Below are positions 38,405 through 53,100 of a stretch of DNA of 64,000 nt, one piece after another. Origin of the DNA: an uncultured delta proteobacterium (lineage in GTDB: Bacteria > Myxococcota_A > Polyangia > Polyangiales > Polyangiaceae); assembly GCA_963782055.1 (NCBI GenBank), contig CAWAIF010000003.1:2656001-2720000 (forward strand), read 5' to 3'. A program made the translations under genes and the position numbers. The notes beneath the pieces are model-generated. The model ran no database searches, was not told where the DNA came from, and worked only from the letters and a program-made list of their open reading frames with translations. Position 1 is the stretch's first letter. The number at the start of each line of letters is the position of its first letter.

Positions 38405-38941
38405 ATGACCGCCGATCCCGATGACGCCCTGGACGCCCTCGCCCGCCTCGTGCACGAGCGGCGCGTGGAGCTGGCGGGGCTCGCGCGGCGGGAGGGCCTG
38501 GGCCCGGAGGACGCCCTGGATTGCGTGCACGACGCCTTCTGCACGTTCCTGCAGCTCGCGCTGCGCGGCGAGCTGGCCGAGACGGCGGAGCACCCGCGGC
38601 TCGTGGCGGGCATGGTCGTCAACGCCGCGCGCAACCGCCGTCGCCGTCACCACCTCTCGCGCCCGCACCACGCCATCGACGCGCTCGATGCCGGCGACGG
38701 CGCGCCTTCCGTCGAGGCGCTCGTCGTTCACGCGGAGCAGTGTGTGAGGCTGCGCGGGTGTGTCGACCGCCTGTGCAAGACGCAGCGCACGGTCGTGATG
38801 ATGCGGCTGCTCGAGGAGCGGCCCGGCGAGGACGTGGCGACCGCGCTCGGCATCACGCGCGGCTACGTGGACGTGCTCCTGCACCGCGCCAGGGCGTCGC
38901 TTCGCGTCTGCATGACGGAGGACGACAGCGGCGCGCCGTAG
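38405..38941 (+). CDS. ECF sigma factor (Cys-rich)
   Basis: Region 2-like DALDCVHDAF...NAARNRRRR and region 4-like QRTVVMMR...VATALGI...V.VLLHRAR.SLR. Confidence 0.85.
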   Translation: MTADPDDALDALARLVHERRVELAGLARREGLGPEDALDCVHDAFCTFLQLALRGELAETAEHPRLVAGMVVNAARNRRRRHHLSRPHHAIDALDAGDGAPSVEALVVHAEQCVRLRGCVDRLCKTQRTVVMMRLLEERPGEDVATALGITRGYVDVLLHRARASLRVCMTEDDSGAP

Positions 38942-38966
38942 CCGGCGAGACCGGGCGAGCCGGCGA

Positions 38967-42797
<3,831 letters not shown>

Positions 42798-43021
42798 TCC
42801 AGCCGATGCTACACGCAGGGGGGCCGCACGAGCTCGATTCGTCCGCGCCTCGGCCCCCCGCCGTCAGGAGCGCGCGCATCTCCAGCTTGACCTGGCGGGC
42901 ACTTGCGGCGGTCTGCGCTGGGGCGGCTGGTACCTGGAGGTCTCGGCGTACGCGGCCTGTACGACCCAGGCGCTCCGCTTGTTGCAGGATGTCGATGTGC
43001 GTCTGTGCTAATGGGCGCCGC

Positions 43022-44335
43022 ATGTCGCGCATCCATCGCACGCTACCGTCCGCCGGCACCCGCATCGGTCTCGCCTACTCCGGCGGCCTGGACACCCGCA
43101 CCGCCGTCGCATGGCTCTCCCGGCAGGGACTGGAGGTCTACGCCTACACCGCCGACCTGGCGCAGCCGGACGAGAAGAGCCCGGCGGACATCCCGCCCAC
43201 GGCGATCGCCCACGGCGCGAAGAAGGCGCGGCTGGTGGACTGCCGTGAGGCGATGGCGCGCGAGGGGGTGACGGCCCTCCAGTGCGGCGCCTTCCACCTG
43301 ATGACCGCGGGTCGCAAGTACTTCAACACCACGCCGCTCGGTCGCGCCGTCACCGCCACCGCCATCGTCCGCGCGATGCGCGAGGACGGCGTGCACGTCT
43401 TCTCCGACGGCAGCACCCACAAGGGCAACGACATCCAGCGCTTCTACCGGTACGGCGTGCTCGTCGACCCCGAGCTGGCCATCTACAAGCCGTGGCTGGA
43501 CACGCGCTTCGTCACCGAGTTCGGCGGCCGCACCGAGATGAGCCAGTACCTGGACGAGATCGGCATGCCCTACCGGATGGGCACCGAGAAGGCGTACAGC
43601 ACCGACTCCAACCTCCTGGGCGCGACGCACGAGGCGAAGGATCTGGAGCGGCTGGACGTCGGCATGCACATCGTCGAGCCGATCATGGGCGTGCCGCACT
43701 GGAAGCCGGAGGTTCGCATCGACGCCGAGCTGGTGACGGTCGAGCTGGAGCGCGGCGTCCCCGTCGCCATCAACGGCAAGCGCTTCGGTTCGCTCTGCGA
43801 CATGATGCTCGCCGCCAACGAGACGGGCGGCCGCCACGGCCTGGGCACGAGCGATCAGATCGAGAACCGCGTCATCGACGCCAAGAGCCGCGGCATCTAC
43901 GAGGCGCCCGGCATGGCGCTCCTGCACATCGCGTACGAGCGGCTGCTCTCCGCCGTGCACGATGAGAACACCACCGACCTGTACTTCTCCCTCGGCCGCC
44001 GGCTGGGGCGCCTGCTCTACGAGGGGCGCTGGTTCGACCCCGCGGCGTCGCTCCTCAAGGAGGCGCTGGTGCGGTGGGTCGCGACGCCGCTGACCGGGAA
44101 GGTGGTGCTCGAGCTGCGGCGCGGCGACGACTACACCCTCGTCGCGACGGAGGCGGCGCACGCCTCCTACGCACCGGACAAGCTGTCGATGGAGCGCTCT
44201 CAGACGGCGTTCTCGCCGGAGGACCGCATCGGCGCGCTGGAGGTGCAGGGCATCCAGGTGCAGGACAACCGGGACCTGCTGCGGGCGCTCGCCGCGGCGG
44301 GCGTCGTGGCGCCGGGGCTTGGAACCATCGACTGA
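43022..44335 (+). CDS. argG: Argininosuccinate synthase (E. coli-like type 2)
   Basis: AYSGGLDT, YFNTTPLGRAV, DGSTHKGNDIQRF, AYSTDSNLLGATHEAKDLE and AKSRGIYEAPG. Confidence 0.95.
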   Translation: MSRIHRTLPSAGTRIGLAYSGGLDTRTAVAWLSRQGLEVYAYTADLAQPDEKSPADIPPTAIAHGAKKARLVDCREAMAREGVTALQCGAFHLMTAGRKYFNTTPLGRAVTATAIVRAMREDGVHVFSDGSTHKGNDIQRFYRYGVLVDPELAIYKPWLDTRFVTEFGGRTEMSQYLDEIGMPYRMGTEKAYSTDSNLLGATHEAKDLERLDVGMHIVEPIMGVPHWKPEVRIDAELVTVELERGVPVAINGKRFGSLCDMMLAANETGGRHGLGTSDQIENRVIDAKSRGIYEAPGMALLHIAYERLLSAVHDENTTDLYFSLGRRLGRLLYEGRWFDPAASLLKEALVRWVATPLTGKVVLELRRGDDYTLVATEAAHASYAPDKLSMERSQTAFSPEDRIGALEVQGIQVQDNRDLLRALAAAGVVAPGLGTID

Positions 44336-44358
44336 CATTTCTTGTCGTGGTGGGGGCC

Positions 44359-44949
44359 TCAGCGGCCGGAGAGCGCGTACGCGTCGTCCATCCCGCGCTG
44401 GCGCTGGTCCCGTCGGGCCCGAGCGCGGCGTGCGTGCTCCTCGGTTCGCAGGACCCAGAAGCCGTACTCCGTGAGCCTGTCCAGGGTAGCCTCGTCGCCG
44501 AAGCCGACGCGAATGCGCATGCAGAGCGCCCGGAGGTGCCTGCGGGCGCTCGCGCACCGGCGTGCGTCAGGCCAGCGGCGCTCACCCGGAGCGAGCGCGC
44601 CGTCGAGCGCGAGGCCGACGTGCCCGACGAGCACCAGCCCGAAGAAGGCGCGGCGCACGCGGCGGCGGCCCTCCTGCGTGAGCGCGACGATGCACTCGCG
44701 CCCGTCGCGACGCCGCGTGACCAGCCCCAGCTCCTCGAGTGACCGCATCATGCGGCTGATCGTGGACCGCGCCACGCCCAGCCCGCGTCGGAGGTTACTC
44801 TGCAGGTGCACGGCGCGCGTGCCGAGGCGGTAGAGCGCATCCAGCAGGTCGTACCGTGCCGCCGTGAGCCCCATCGCCGCCAGCGCCCGCCGCGTCAGCT
44901 TGAGCGTCGCGTAGTAAGCCCGCTTGATCGTGAAAAACACAGGGTCCAT
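44359..44949 (-). CDS. MarR-like winged-helix protein
   Basis: GLTAARYDLL, LGVARSTISRMMRSLEELGLV.R...DGR...V.LT.EGR. Confidence 0.75.
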   Translation of the reverse strand: MDPVFFTIKRAYYATLKLTRRALAAMGLTAARYDLLDALYRLGTRAVHLQSNLRRGLGVARSTISRMMRSLEELGLVTRRRDGRECIVALTQEGRRRVRRAFFGLVLVGHVGLALDGALAPGERRWPDARRCASARRHLRALCMRIRVGFGDEATLDRLTEYGFWVLRTEEHARRARARRDQRQRGMDDAYALSGR

Positions 44950-45049
44950 CCGCACCCCCAACGCACACCGCATGCCACCCCCCCCTCCCCACAGAATCCA
45001 GGGGAAACGTCCAAGTGGGAGCACGCTTGCACTCCGACGTTTGGTGTCC

Positions 45050-45120
45050 GGGGACAGGGAGGGGGGACAGGGGGACAGGGGGACGAGGGAGGGGCGGACG
45101 GGGGCAGACAGGGGGAGGGG
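45050..45120 (+). repeat. Purine/G-run tract with GGGGGACA repeats
   Basis: GGGGGACA-GGGGGACA-GGGGGAC at 45062-45084, within many G3-G6 runs. Confidence 0.7.
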
Positions 45121-45127
45121 CCGCTGA

Positions 45128-45173
45128 GCGCGGCGGGGACGATTCGCGCTGGGCGCGGCGGGGACGACTCGCG
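45128..45173 (+). repeat. 21-bp direct repeat, period 25
   Basis: GCGCGGCGGGGACGATTCGCG (45128-45148) and GCGCGGCGGGGACGACTCGCG (45153-45173). Confidence 0.75.
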
Positions 45174-45224
45174 GCGGCGCGGCGCGTCGACGAACGCGCG
45201 CGCGGGGCGTAGCCTTGGGAGCCG

Positions 45225-47372
45225 ATGTCAGCCGCGGTCCGCGAGAAGCTGTTCACGTGCAACCTGTGCGAGGCGATGTGCGGGGTGCGCGTGGCGATGG
45301 ACGGGGAGCGGGTGACGGGCATCCGGGGCGACGCGGCGGACGTCTTCTCCCGCGGGCACATCTGCCCGAAGGCCAACGCCCTCCGCGAGCTGCTCGAGGA
45401 CCCGGACCGCCTGCGCCACCCGGTGCGGCGCACCTCGTCGGGGTGGGAGCGCATCGGTTGGGACGACGCGCTCGACCTCGCGGTGCGCGGGGTGCGCGAC
45501 GTGCGGCGGCGGCACGGGCGGGACGCGGTTGCCTTCTACTTCGGCAACCCGACGGTCCACAGCCACCGGGCGTCGTTCGGGACGCAGGCGCTCGCCGCCG
45601 CGCTTGGCACCAAGAACCGCTTCGACGCCAACTCGCAGGACTCCAACCCGCGCCTCTTCGCCTGCATGCTGGTGTACGGGGACGCGCTGAGCATCCCCGT
45701 GGCGGACGTGGATCGCACCGAGCACATGCTGCTCTTCGGCGCCAATCCGGCGGCGTCCAACGGCAGCATGATGGCGCTCGGGGACGTGCGGGCGCGCATG
45801 CAGGGCATCCGCGCGCGCGGCGGGAAGGTGGTGCTCTTCGACCCGCGCCGTACCGAGACGGCGGCGTGGAGCACCGCGCATCACTTCGTGCGTCCGGGTG
45901 GAGACGCGGCGCTCCTCTTCGCCATGCTCGACGTCGTCTTCCGCGAGGCGCGCCTGGACCTCCCCGCGCTGCGCAGCCGGGCGAGCGGCGTGGACGCTCT
46001 GCGCGCCCTCGCCGCGCGCTTCCCGCCCGAGCGCGTCGCCGCGGCGGTCGGCGTACGGGCGGAGACCATCCGCGCCGTGGCCCTGGAATTCGCCGCGGCC
46101 GACCGCGCGTGCGCCTACGGCCGCATCGGCACCTGCCAGAACCTCTTCGGGCCCGTCGCGTCGTGGCTCATCGAGGCGCTCAACGTCGTGACCGGCCACC
46201 TCGACCGCGAGGGCTGCATGATGTTCCCCACCGGGCCCATCGACATCGGGCCGCTCGGGCGCGCGCTGGTGGGCAATCACTGGGGGCGGTGGCGCTCCCG
46301 CGTGCGCGGGCTGCCCGAGTTCCTGGGCGCGCTGCCCTCCGCGGTGATGGCGGAGGAGATGGAGACGCCCGGCGACGGGCAGATCCGCGCGTTCGTCTGC
46401 TTCGCCGGCAACCCGGTGCTCTCCACCCCCAACGGCGAGCGCCTCGGCCGCGCGCTCGCCGGCCTGGAGCACGTCGTCGCGGTGGACCTGTTCCTCAACG
46501 AGACCTCGCGCCACGCGCACCTCGTGCTCCCTCCGCGCCACGTCTTCGAGACCGGCAACTTCGACCTCGTGCTCTCGCGCTTCACCGTGCGCAACGTCGC
46601 CAAGTACAGCCCGCCCATCCTCCGCACCGACGACGACACGCGCGACGACTGGGACATCATGGGCTCCCTCGCGCTCGGGATCGCCGGCCCGGCCGGGCGC
46701 GTCGCGCGTCGTCTCTGGCGCCGCGCCTCCGCCTCGCTGCCCGAGCGGGCCATCGACGCGCTCCTGCGCACCGGCCCCTACGGGCTGAGCCTCGCCCGCC
46801 TGCGCGAGGCCGAGCACGGCATCGACCTCGGACCCCTCGTCCCCTCGCGCGGCGCGCACCTCCGTACGCCCGACGGCCGCGTGCGCCTCGCGCCGGACGC
46901 GCTCGTCGCCGACGTCGACCGCCTGGACCGGTGGGTGGACGACGCGCGCGACGCCGGGCTGGTGCTCATCGGGCGACGCCACCTGCGCAGCAACAACTCG
47001 TGGCTCCACAACGCGCGCTCGCTGGTCAAGGGTCCGGACCGATCCATGCTGATGATGCACCCCGACGACGCGAAGCGCCTCGGCCTGGCCGACGGCGCGC
47101 GGGTCCGCGTCCGGAGCAGGGTGGGGGAGGTGGAGGTCGTCCTCGCGGTGACGGACGACATGATGCCCGGCGTCGTGTCGCTCCCGCACGGCTTCGGTCA
47201 CGCCGCCGCCCGCGCCACACTGCGCGTGGCGGGCGCGCTCCCCGGCCCGAACGCCAACGCGCTGACCGACGAGCTCCTCGTCGAGCCGGTCATCGGCACC
47301 TCCGTCCTGAACGGCGTGCCCGTCGTCGTCGAGCAGGCGAAGGCAGCCGGGGAGGTCCATGCACCGGCGTAA
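45225..47372 (+). CDS. Molybdopterin-dependent oxidoreductase with an N-terminal 4Fe-4S motif
   Basis: TCNLCEAMCG...GHICPK, GANPAASNGS, RRHLRSNNSW, MHPDDA and PGVVSLPHGFGH. No Tat motif is apparent. Confidence 0.9.
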   Translation: MSAAVREKLFTCNLCEAMCGVRVAMDGERVTGIRGDAADVFSRGHICPKANALRELLEDPDRLRHPVRRTSSGWERIGWDDALDLAVRGVRDVRRRHGRDAVAFYFGNPTVHSHRASFGTQALAAALGTKNRFDANSQDSNPRLFACMLVYGDALSIPVADVDRTEHMLLFGANPAASNGSMMALGDVRARMQGIRARGGKVVLFDPRRTETAAWSTAHHFVRPGGDAALLFAMLDVVFREARLDLPALRSRASGVDALRALAARFPPERVAAAVGVRAETIRAVALEFAAADRACAYGRIGTCQNLFGPVASWLIEALNVVTGHLDREGCMMFPTGPIDIGPLGRALVGNHWGRWRSRVRGLPEFLGALPSAVMAEEMETPGDGQIRAFVCFAGNPVLSTPNGERLGRALAGLEHVVAVDLFLNETSRHAHLVLPPRHVFETGNFDLVLSRFTVRNVAKYSPPILRTDDDTRDDWDIMGSLALGIAGPAGRVARRLWRRASASLPERAIDALLRTGPYGLSLARLREAEHGIDLGPLVPSRGAHLRTPDGRVRLAPDALVADVDRLDRWVDDARDAGLVLIGRRHLRSNNSWLHNARSLVKGPDRSMLMMHPDDAKRLGLADGARVRVRSRVGEVEVVLAVTDDMMPGVVSLPHGFGHAAARATLRVAGALPGPNANALTDELLVEPVIGTSVLNGVPVVVEQAKAAGEVHAPA

Positions 47373-50106
47373 CCCGGCGGCGTGGGCCGTCGCGCTGCTC
47401 GCCGTCCTCGCCGCTGCGTGGCCGGAGTGCTCCTCCGAGCCGCCGCCGCCCGCACCGCGCCCCCTCACGGCCGACGAGATCGCCCTGCGCAACGAGCTGG
47501 GCATCCCCCTCGACGCGCAGACCGTCGTCGTCTTCCAGCAGGCCGCCCACCTGGACATCGACTGGCAGAAGACCTTCGACGACTACTACACGTCCTACGT
47601 CGACGACATCTTCACCCGCGCGCGCAAGATCCTCGATACCCAGCCGCGCGCCTTCTACACCGTGACGGAGATGGCGTACCTGCAGCACCACGTCGAGACG
47701 CACCCGGACGAGCTCGCGCCGCTGCAGGCCGCCGCCGCGCGCGGGGCGCTGCACATCGTGGGCGGCGGCATGACCAGCCCCGACACCGTCCTGCCCGAGA
47801 CCGAGCTCCTCGCCCGCGACTTCCTCTACGGCATCCAGTTCGCCGAGGACACCATCGGCGCGCACCCGACCGCCGCCTACCTCCCCGACTCCTTCGGCCA
47901 CGCCGCGACGGCGCCGGACATCCTCGCCGCCGCCGGCTACGACAGCGTCGCCTTCTCGCGCATCGACGGCGCGCCCACCCTCTTCCAGTGGCTCTTCCAC
48001 GCCGACAGCGAGCCCACCCCCGGATCCACCGCCGAGACGCTGAAGAAGCTGGGCAGCGCCGACTTCGTCTGGCAGGGCACCGGCGGCGCCAAGGTGCTCG
48101 CGCACTTCATGTCCGGCCCGGCGCTCTACTGCGAGGGCGACAACATCGACTACCAGGAGAAGCTCCAGACGCCCGGCGGGCACCTCGGCGCCTTCGCCGG
48201 CGACGACACCTCCTACACCGACGGGCAGATCGACGGCTACGTCGCCACAGCCAGGCCGTGGGCCAGGACGCCGTACATCTTCATCCCCGTCGGCTGCGAC
48301 TTCGAGCCGCCGAAGGAGCGCCTCGTCGAGTACCTGGACGGCTACGATCAGCGCCGCTACCCGACGACGCACGTGTGGGCGGTGGCCGCGCCCTTCGACG
48401 ACTACGCCCGCTTCGTCCGCGCCTACGAGGACCTGCTCCCGGAGGTGGACGGCACCCTCACGCCCTACTTCACCGGCTTCTACGGCACCCGCCCGGCGGT
48501 CAAGCGCGCCACGCGCGACGCCGCGCGCCCCTTCTTCGAGGCGGAGACCTTCGCGACGGCGCTCGGCGACGAGGGCCGGACGCTGGTCGCAGCCCAGGCG
48601 CCCGCGCTGCGCAAGCTGACCCGCGCCGATCACCACGACTTCATCACCGGGACCTCCAACGACGAGGTCGTGACCACCGAGCAGATGCCCCTCCTCGCCG
48701 AGGCGCAGGCCGCCGGGCAAGCCTCGCTCGAGCAGGTGGTGGCCGCGCTGGCGAAGCGCATCCCGCTCGAGCCGCAGGGCGTGGGACGCGCGCTCGCCCT
48801 CAACGCCTCGTCCGCGCTCCGAAGCGGGGTGGCGCACCTCACCGTCCCCATCAGCGCCGGCGCGACGCCCGACCTGCACGCGATCGCGGCCGGCGAGCCC
48901 GTGCCGATGGAGCTCGCGCGCACGCCCGGTCCAAAGGACACCACCGCCACCTTCCGCCTGGCGCTCGCCGCCGTGCGGCCCTTCTCCTGGCGCACCGTCA
49001 CCCTGCTGCCGGGCGCCGTCGCGCCGCAGCGGCAGGTCACGCTGGAGACGCTGGACGCGAGCGACGCGCCGGCGAGCGGGCAGGCTGTGTCCCACGTGAT
49101 CCTGAAGAACGCGCACGTGCACGCCGAGTGGCGCAAGGACGGGAGCGGCAGGTTCTCGCTCACCTCCCTCCTGGTCGACGGGGCGCAGGCCATCGCCGGC
49201 AGCTCGGTGCTGTTCCACGACTACACCGACACCGGCGGCCTCTGGCGGCTGGGCAACGAGATGCTGGGCTGCGAGCTCACGGCCAAGGTCGGCGACTCCG
49301 GCGCGCCCGACACCCTCGAGGTGCTGGACGACGGCGCCCTCGAGGTGCGCGTGGCCTTTCACACCGGCGCCGTCACCCGCGAGGCCTCGCTCGGGGCCGG
49401 CGACACCGGCCTCGACATCGCGGTGACCACCAACGCGGCGGAGGGCACCACGCGCACCGTCGGCTTCTCCCTCGCCGTCCCTCCCGACGCCAAGCTGCAG
49501 ACCTCCCTCGCCGGCGGCTACGCCGAGCGCCCGCTCGAGGCGCTCTACTCGCCGACCTTCTGGCCCGCCGTCGCGTGGGTGCGCGCGGGGGACTGGGCCA
49601 TCGCGCTGCGGCAGTCGACCGGCGTGCGCATGAGCACGCCCGGCGAGCTGGAGCTGATGGCGGCGCGCGACGCGCGCGGGGAGAAGTGCGAGGTGGAGGG
49701 CGGCACGGGCAGCGATCCCGACCTGCACCGCATCGAGTGGCGCATCGAGCACGCGCCGTCGCCGGCGGACGCGGCGCGGGCGGCGCAGGCGTTCGACAGG
49801 CCGCTGACGCTGGCGATGGTGGACGCGAGCCAGGCGCAGACGACCGACCTGCCGGAGGAGCGCTCCTTGCTTCAGGTGGACGGCGACGGCATCGTGACCG
49901 CGCTGAAGCCCGCCGAGCGCGGGAGCGGGCTCATCGTGCGCGCGGTCCTGCTGCCGGGGCCGGTGGTGGTGCGCGGGCTCGCCGGGAAGAAGGTGACCGC
50001 GGTGGATCTGGCGGAGCGTGATCTGCGGTCGATGGGGACCGCGGGCGACGGCCTGGTGCTGGACGCCGGGGAGCTCGGGAGCATCGCCAGCGTGCGCGTG
50101 GAGTGA
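47359..50106 (+). CDS. Secreted GH38 alpha-mannosidase-like glycoside hydrolase
   Basis: AHLDIDWQ (Zn ligands), YLPDSFGH (nucleophile region), YFTGFY and HHDFITGTS; N-terminal signal. Confidence 0.82.
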   Translation: MHRRNPAAWAVALLAVLAAAWPECSSEPPPPAPRPLTADEIALRNELGIPLDAQTVVVFQQAAHLDIDWQKTFDDYYTSYVDDIFTRARKILDTQPRAFYTVTEMAYLQHHVETHPDELAPLQAAAARGALHIVGGGMTSPDTVLPETELLARDFLYGIQFAEDTIGAHPTAAYLPDSFGHAATAPDILAAAGYDSVAFSRIDGAPTLFQWLFHADSEPTPGSTAETLKKLGSADFVWQGTGGAKVLAHFMSGPALYCEGDNIDYQEKLQTPGGHLGAFAGDDTSYTDGQIDGYVATARPWARTPYIFIPVGCDFEPPKERLVEYLDGYDQRRYPTTHVWAVAAPFDDYARFVRAYEDLLPEVDGTLTPYFTGFYGTRPAVKRATRDAARPFFEAETFATALGDEGRTLVAAQAPALRKLTRADHHDFITGTSNDEVVTTEQMPLLAEAQAAGQASLEQVVAALAKRIPLEPQGVGRALALNASSALRSGVAHLTVPISAGATPDLHAIAAGEPVPMELARTPGPKDTTATFRLALAAVRPFSWRTVTLLPGAVAPQRQVTLETLDASDAPASGQAVSHVILKNAHVHAEWRKDGSGRFSLTSLLVDGAQAIAGSSVLFHDYTDTGGLWRLGNEMLGCELTAKVGDSGAPDTLEVLDDGALEVRVAFHTGAVTREASLGAGDTGLDIAVTTNAAEGTTRTVGFSLAVPPDAKLQTSLAGGYAERPLEALYSPTFWPAVAWVRAGDWAIALRQSTGVRMSTPGELELMAARDARGEKCEVEGGTGSDPDLHRIEWRIEHAPSPADAARAAQAFDRPLTLAMVDASQAQTTDLPEERSLLQVDGDGIVTALKPAERGSGLIVRAVLLPGPVVVRGLAGKKVTAVDLAERDLRSMGTAGDGLVLDAGELGSIASVRVE

Positions 50107-50113
50107 CGCCGCG

Positions 50114-53100
50114 TCACGGCGCGAGCACCGACGCGATCGCCTCCGGCTCGACGATCGCCTGCCCGCTCATCCACTCCCGCGCTCGCGTGACCATCGCGCG
50201 GCCCTCGTCCCCGCCGATCAGCTTGCCCAGCCGCAGCCGCGCCACCGCGGCGTGGAGCGCCATGTCGCACGCGTCGGCGTCGCGCGCCGCCTGATCGAAG
50301 GAGGCGACCGCGCGCTGCGGCTCGCCGCGCGCGTGGGCCACGCACCCCCGGAGCAGCGCCGCGATGGCGAGCGCCCACGGCGCGCCGGTGCGCGCCACGT
50401 CGTTGGCGTGGCGGGTGGCGTCGTCGAGGAGCTCCCGGCGCCGCGTGCTCTGCCGCCGCGCGTACGCCACCGCCGCGCGCGCGCGGATGTCGTCCAGGAT
50501 GACGCGCTCGTTCTGGATGCGCATCAGCCCCCCGCGGTCCAGGCCGGGCCACGCCTCCGCGACGCGGTGGTAGGCGCGCTCCGCGTCGCCGTCGTAGAGG
50601 TCCGCCTGCGCGCGCGCCTGCACCTCCTGCGACTGCAGCAGCTTGTGCGTCCCCGCCGGCGCGTCGCGCGTCGCCTCGTCGATGTGGCGCCGTGCTGCCG
50701 CCGGGTCCCCTCCCGCCAGCCAGACGAAGTTGAGCAGGCCGGTCTGCAGGTTGCGCGTCGTGAACAGGTCCCCGCGCGCCTCGGCGTCGCCCAGCCGCTC
50801 CGGCACCTCCTCGCGCAGGCGGGCGATGCCGCCGAGCCACGAGAGCGCGCGCAGGGAGAAGAGCGTGGAGGTGGCGAGCTCCCAGGTTGCCCCGACGCAC
50901 GAGTCGCGGACCACCCGCGCCGCCTCCTCGCACCGCCGCCGCGCGCCCAGCCAGTAGCCGGAGAGGTAGAGGGCGAGCCCCTCGGAGGCGAGCACCAGCG
51001 CGTCGATGCGTGGATCGCCCACGCGCCGCGCCACCGTCCGCGCGCGGTCGAGCAGCTCCTCCCACCGCTCGCGCGCGTCGTCGCCCGCCGCGGCGACGTA
51101 GGCGGCCTCCACCGCCAGCGCCCGCGCGATGCGCCGTGGCTCGCCCGCGGACAGGGCGTGGAGCAGGCCGCGCGTCTGGAACTCGGCGCCGCGCAGGGTG
51201 TCCACCAGGCCCAGACCCAGACCGACGGTCCAGCACACGTCGATCCGCTGCAGATCGCGTCGAGGCACGTCCTCCTCGCGCCGCTCCTTGAAGCCCAGCC
51301 CGAAGACGCGCAGCTGCGTGCGCCGCAGCGCGAGCGAGGCCTGGGCGAGGGTGCGCGACGCCGGGATCTCCAGGCCCACCGCTGTGAGCACGTCGCGCAG
51401 GGCGGCGAGGCCGCTCTCGGTGTGGCCGCTCATCAGGAGCTGGTGGGCGGCGCGCCGGCGCAGCTCGATGGCCTCGTCCGGCGCGGAGGCCGCGTCCGCC
51501 GCCGCGAGGAAGGCGTCCGCAGCCTCCGCGCCCCGGCCGGAGGCGGAGAGCGCTTCGGCGAGGCGCAGCGTGCGGCCGCCCGCGTCGGCGTCGTCCGGCG
51601 CGAGCTCCAGCGCCCACTCGTACAGGCGCGCGGCGCGGTCGAAGGCGAGGGATGCGAGCGCCTGATCGGCCGCCTCTGCCGCGTAGCGCCCCGCCTTGTC
51701 CAGCGCGCCCGCCCCTCGCCAGTGCTCGGCGAGCGACTCGAAGTCGGCGAGGTCCGACTCCTCCAGCGCGAGGGCGATGGTCTCGTGCAGGGCGGGCGCC
51801 TCCTCGTCCAGGTGGGCGCGCACCGCCTGGCGAACGCGGTCGTGGTAGGTCTCCAGCAGCACCGCGTCGCGGCGCTGGGTGGTGCGCACCAGGTGCTCGG
51901 CGCGCAGGGCGCCCACGTCCTTGTCCAGCTCGGCGGCGTCGGTGAAGCCGGCGGCCCGGGCGGCCGCGTCGCGCGGCAGCGGGCCTCGGGCGAGCGAGAG
52001 CACCGACAGCAGCTTGCGGGCGCGCGGCGCCTTCGCGGCGATGCGCTCCCACAGCGCGTCGTCCAGGCGCAGGCGAGACGGCGGGCGCGAGACCACCGCC
52101 GCGTGGCGCACCAGCTCGTCGATGAAGAGGGGGTGGCCGCCGCCCTCCTGCGCGATGGCGGCGGCGGAGCTCTCCGGGGGGCGCGACGCGTCGGAGAAGG
52201 CGCGCCGGATGAGGCGCTCCGCCAGCTCGCGCGCGGCCTCCGCGCCGAGCGGCTCCAGGTGCAGCGTGCGGACGTCGCCCGGCATGGCTCCCGACCCCAC
52301 GTTGAGCCGGCTCTGCGGGAGCGAGGGTGCCGGCCCCGCCGGGGGCGCCGCGTGCGCGGTGGTTCGCACCGTGGCGAGCAGGAGAATCGCGGGCGCGCCG
52401 GGCGGGCGCATGATCTCGCGCAGGCAGAGCAGGCTGTCGGCGTCGGCCCACTGCAGATCGTCGATGACGACGACGACGCGCGACCGCCGCGCCAGCCGCA
52501 CGAACAGCTCGCGCAGGGCGGCGAAGACGCGCGCGCGGCGCTCGGTGGGGTCGAGGGCGGCGAGCTGGGGCTGCGCCGCCTGGGAGATGGCGCGCACCCG
52601 CGCCAGCACCGGGAAGACGTCGGCGAGCAGCCCGGGCTGCGCGGGAAGCACCGCCTCGATGTCCGCCGCGGGCATGCGCTCCAGCGCGCGGCTGAGCGCG
52701 TCGATGACACCGTCGATCGCCTTGTACGGAACCGACTCGCGCTCGTAGCACCGGCCCGTGAGCACCAGCGGCGCCGGCCCGTCCTGCCGCGCGAGCGCGT
52801 CGGCGAAGTGGCGCACGAGCACGGTCTTGCCCAGGCCGGACTCGCCGTCGACGTAGACCGTCACCCCCGCGCCCCTCGCCGTCGCCTCGTACGCGCGCCC
52901 GAGCTCGGCCATCTCCAGCTCGCGCCCGACGAAATCGGCGTCCTGCGGCGAGGAGGTGGGCACCAGCGAGACGCGCCCCGCGCCGCCCAGCCGCTCCAGC
53001 ACCTGCGCGCCGGTGGGCCGCGCCGCCGGGTCGATCGCGAGCAGGTCCATGCAGAGCGCCTCCAGGTCCGCCGGCACGCCCTGGGCCACCTCGCTCGGCG

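Noticed and set aside
42798..43021. Short ORFs between the kinase and argG, and an ARG-box search
   Set aside because: No convincing start or RBS, and no AT-rich ARG-box-like palindrome upstream of argG, argF, argH or argC.
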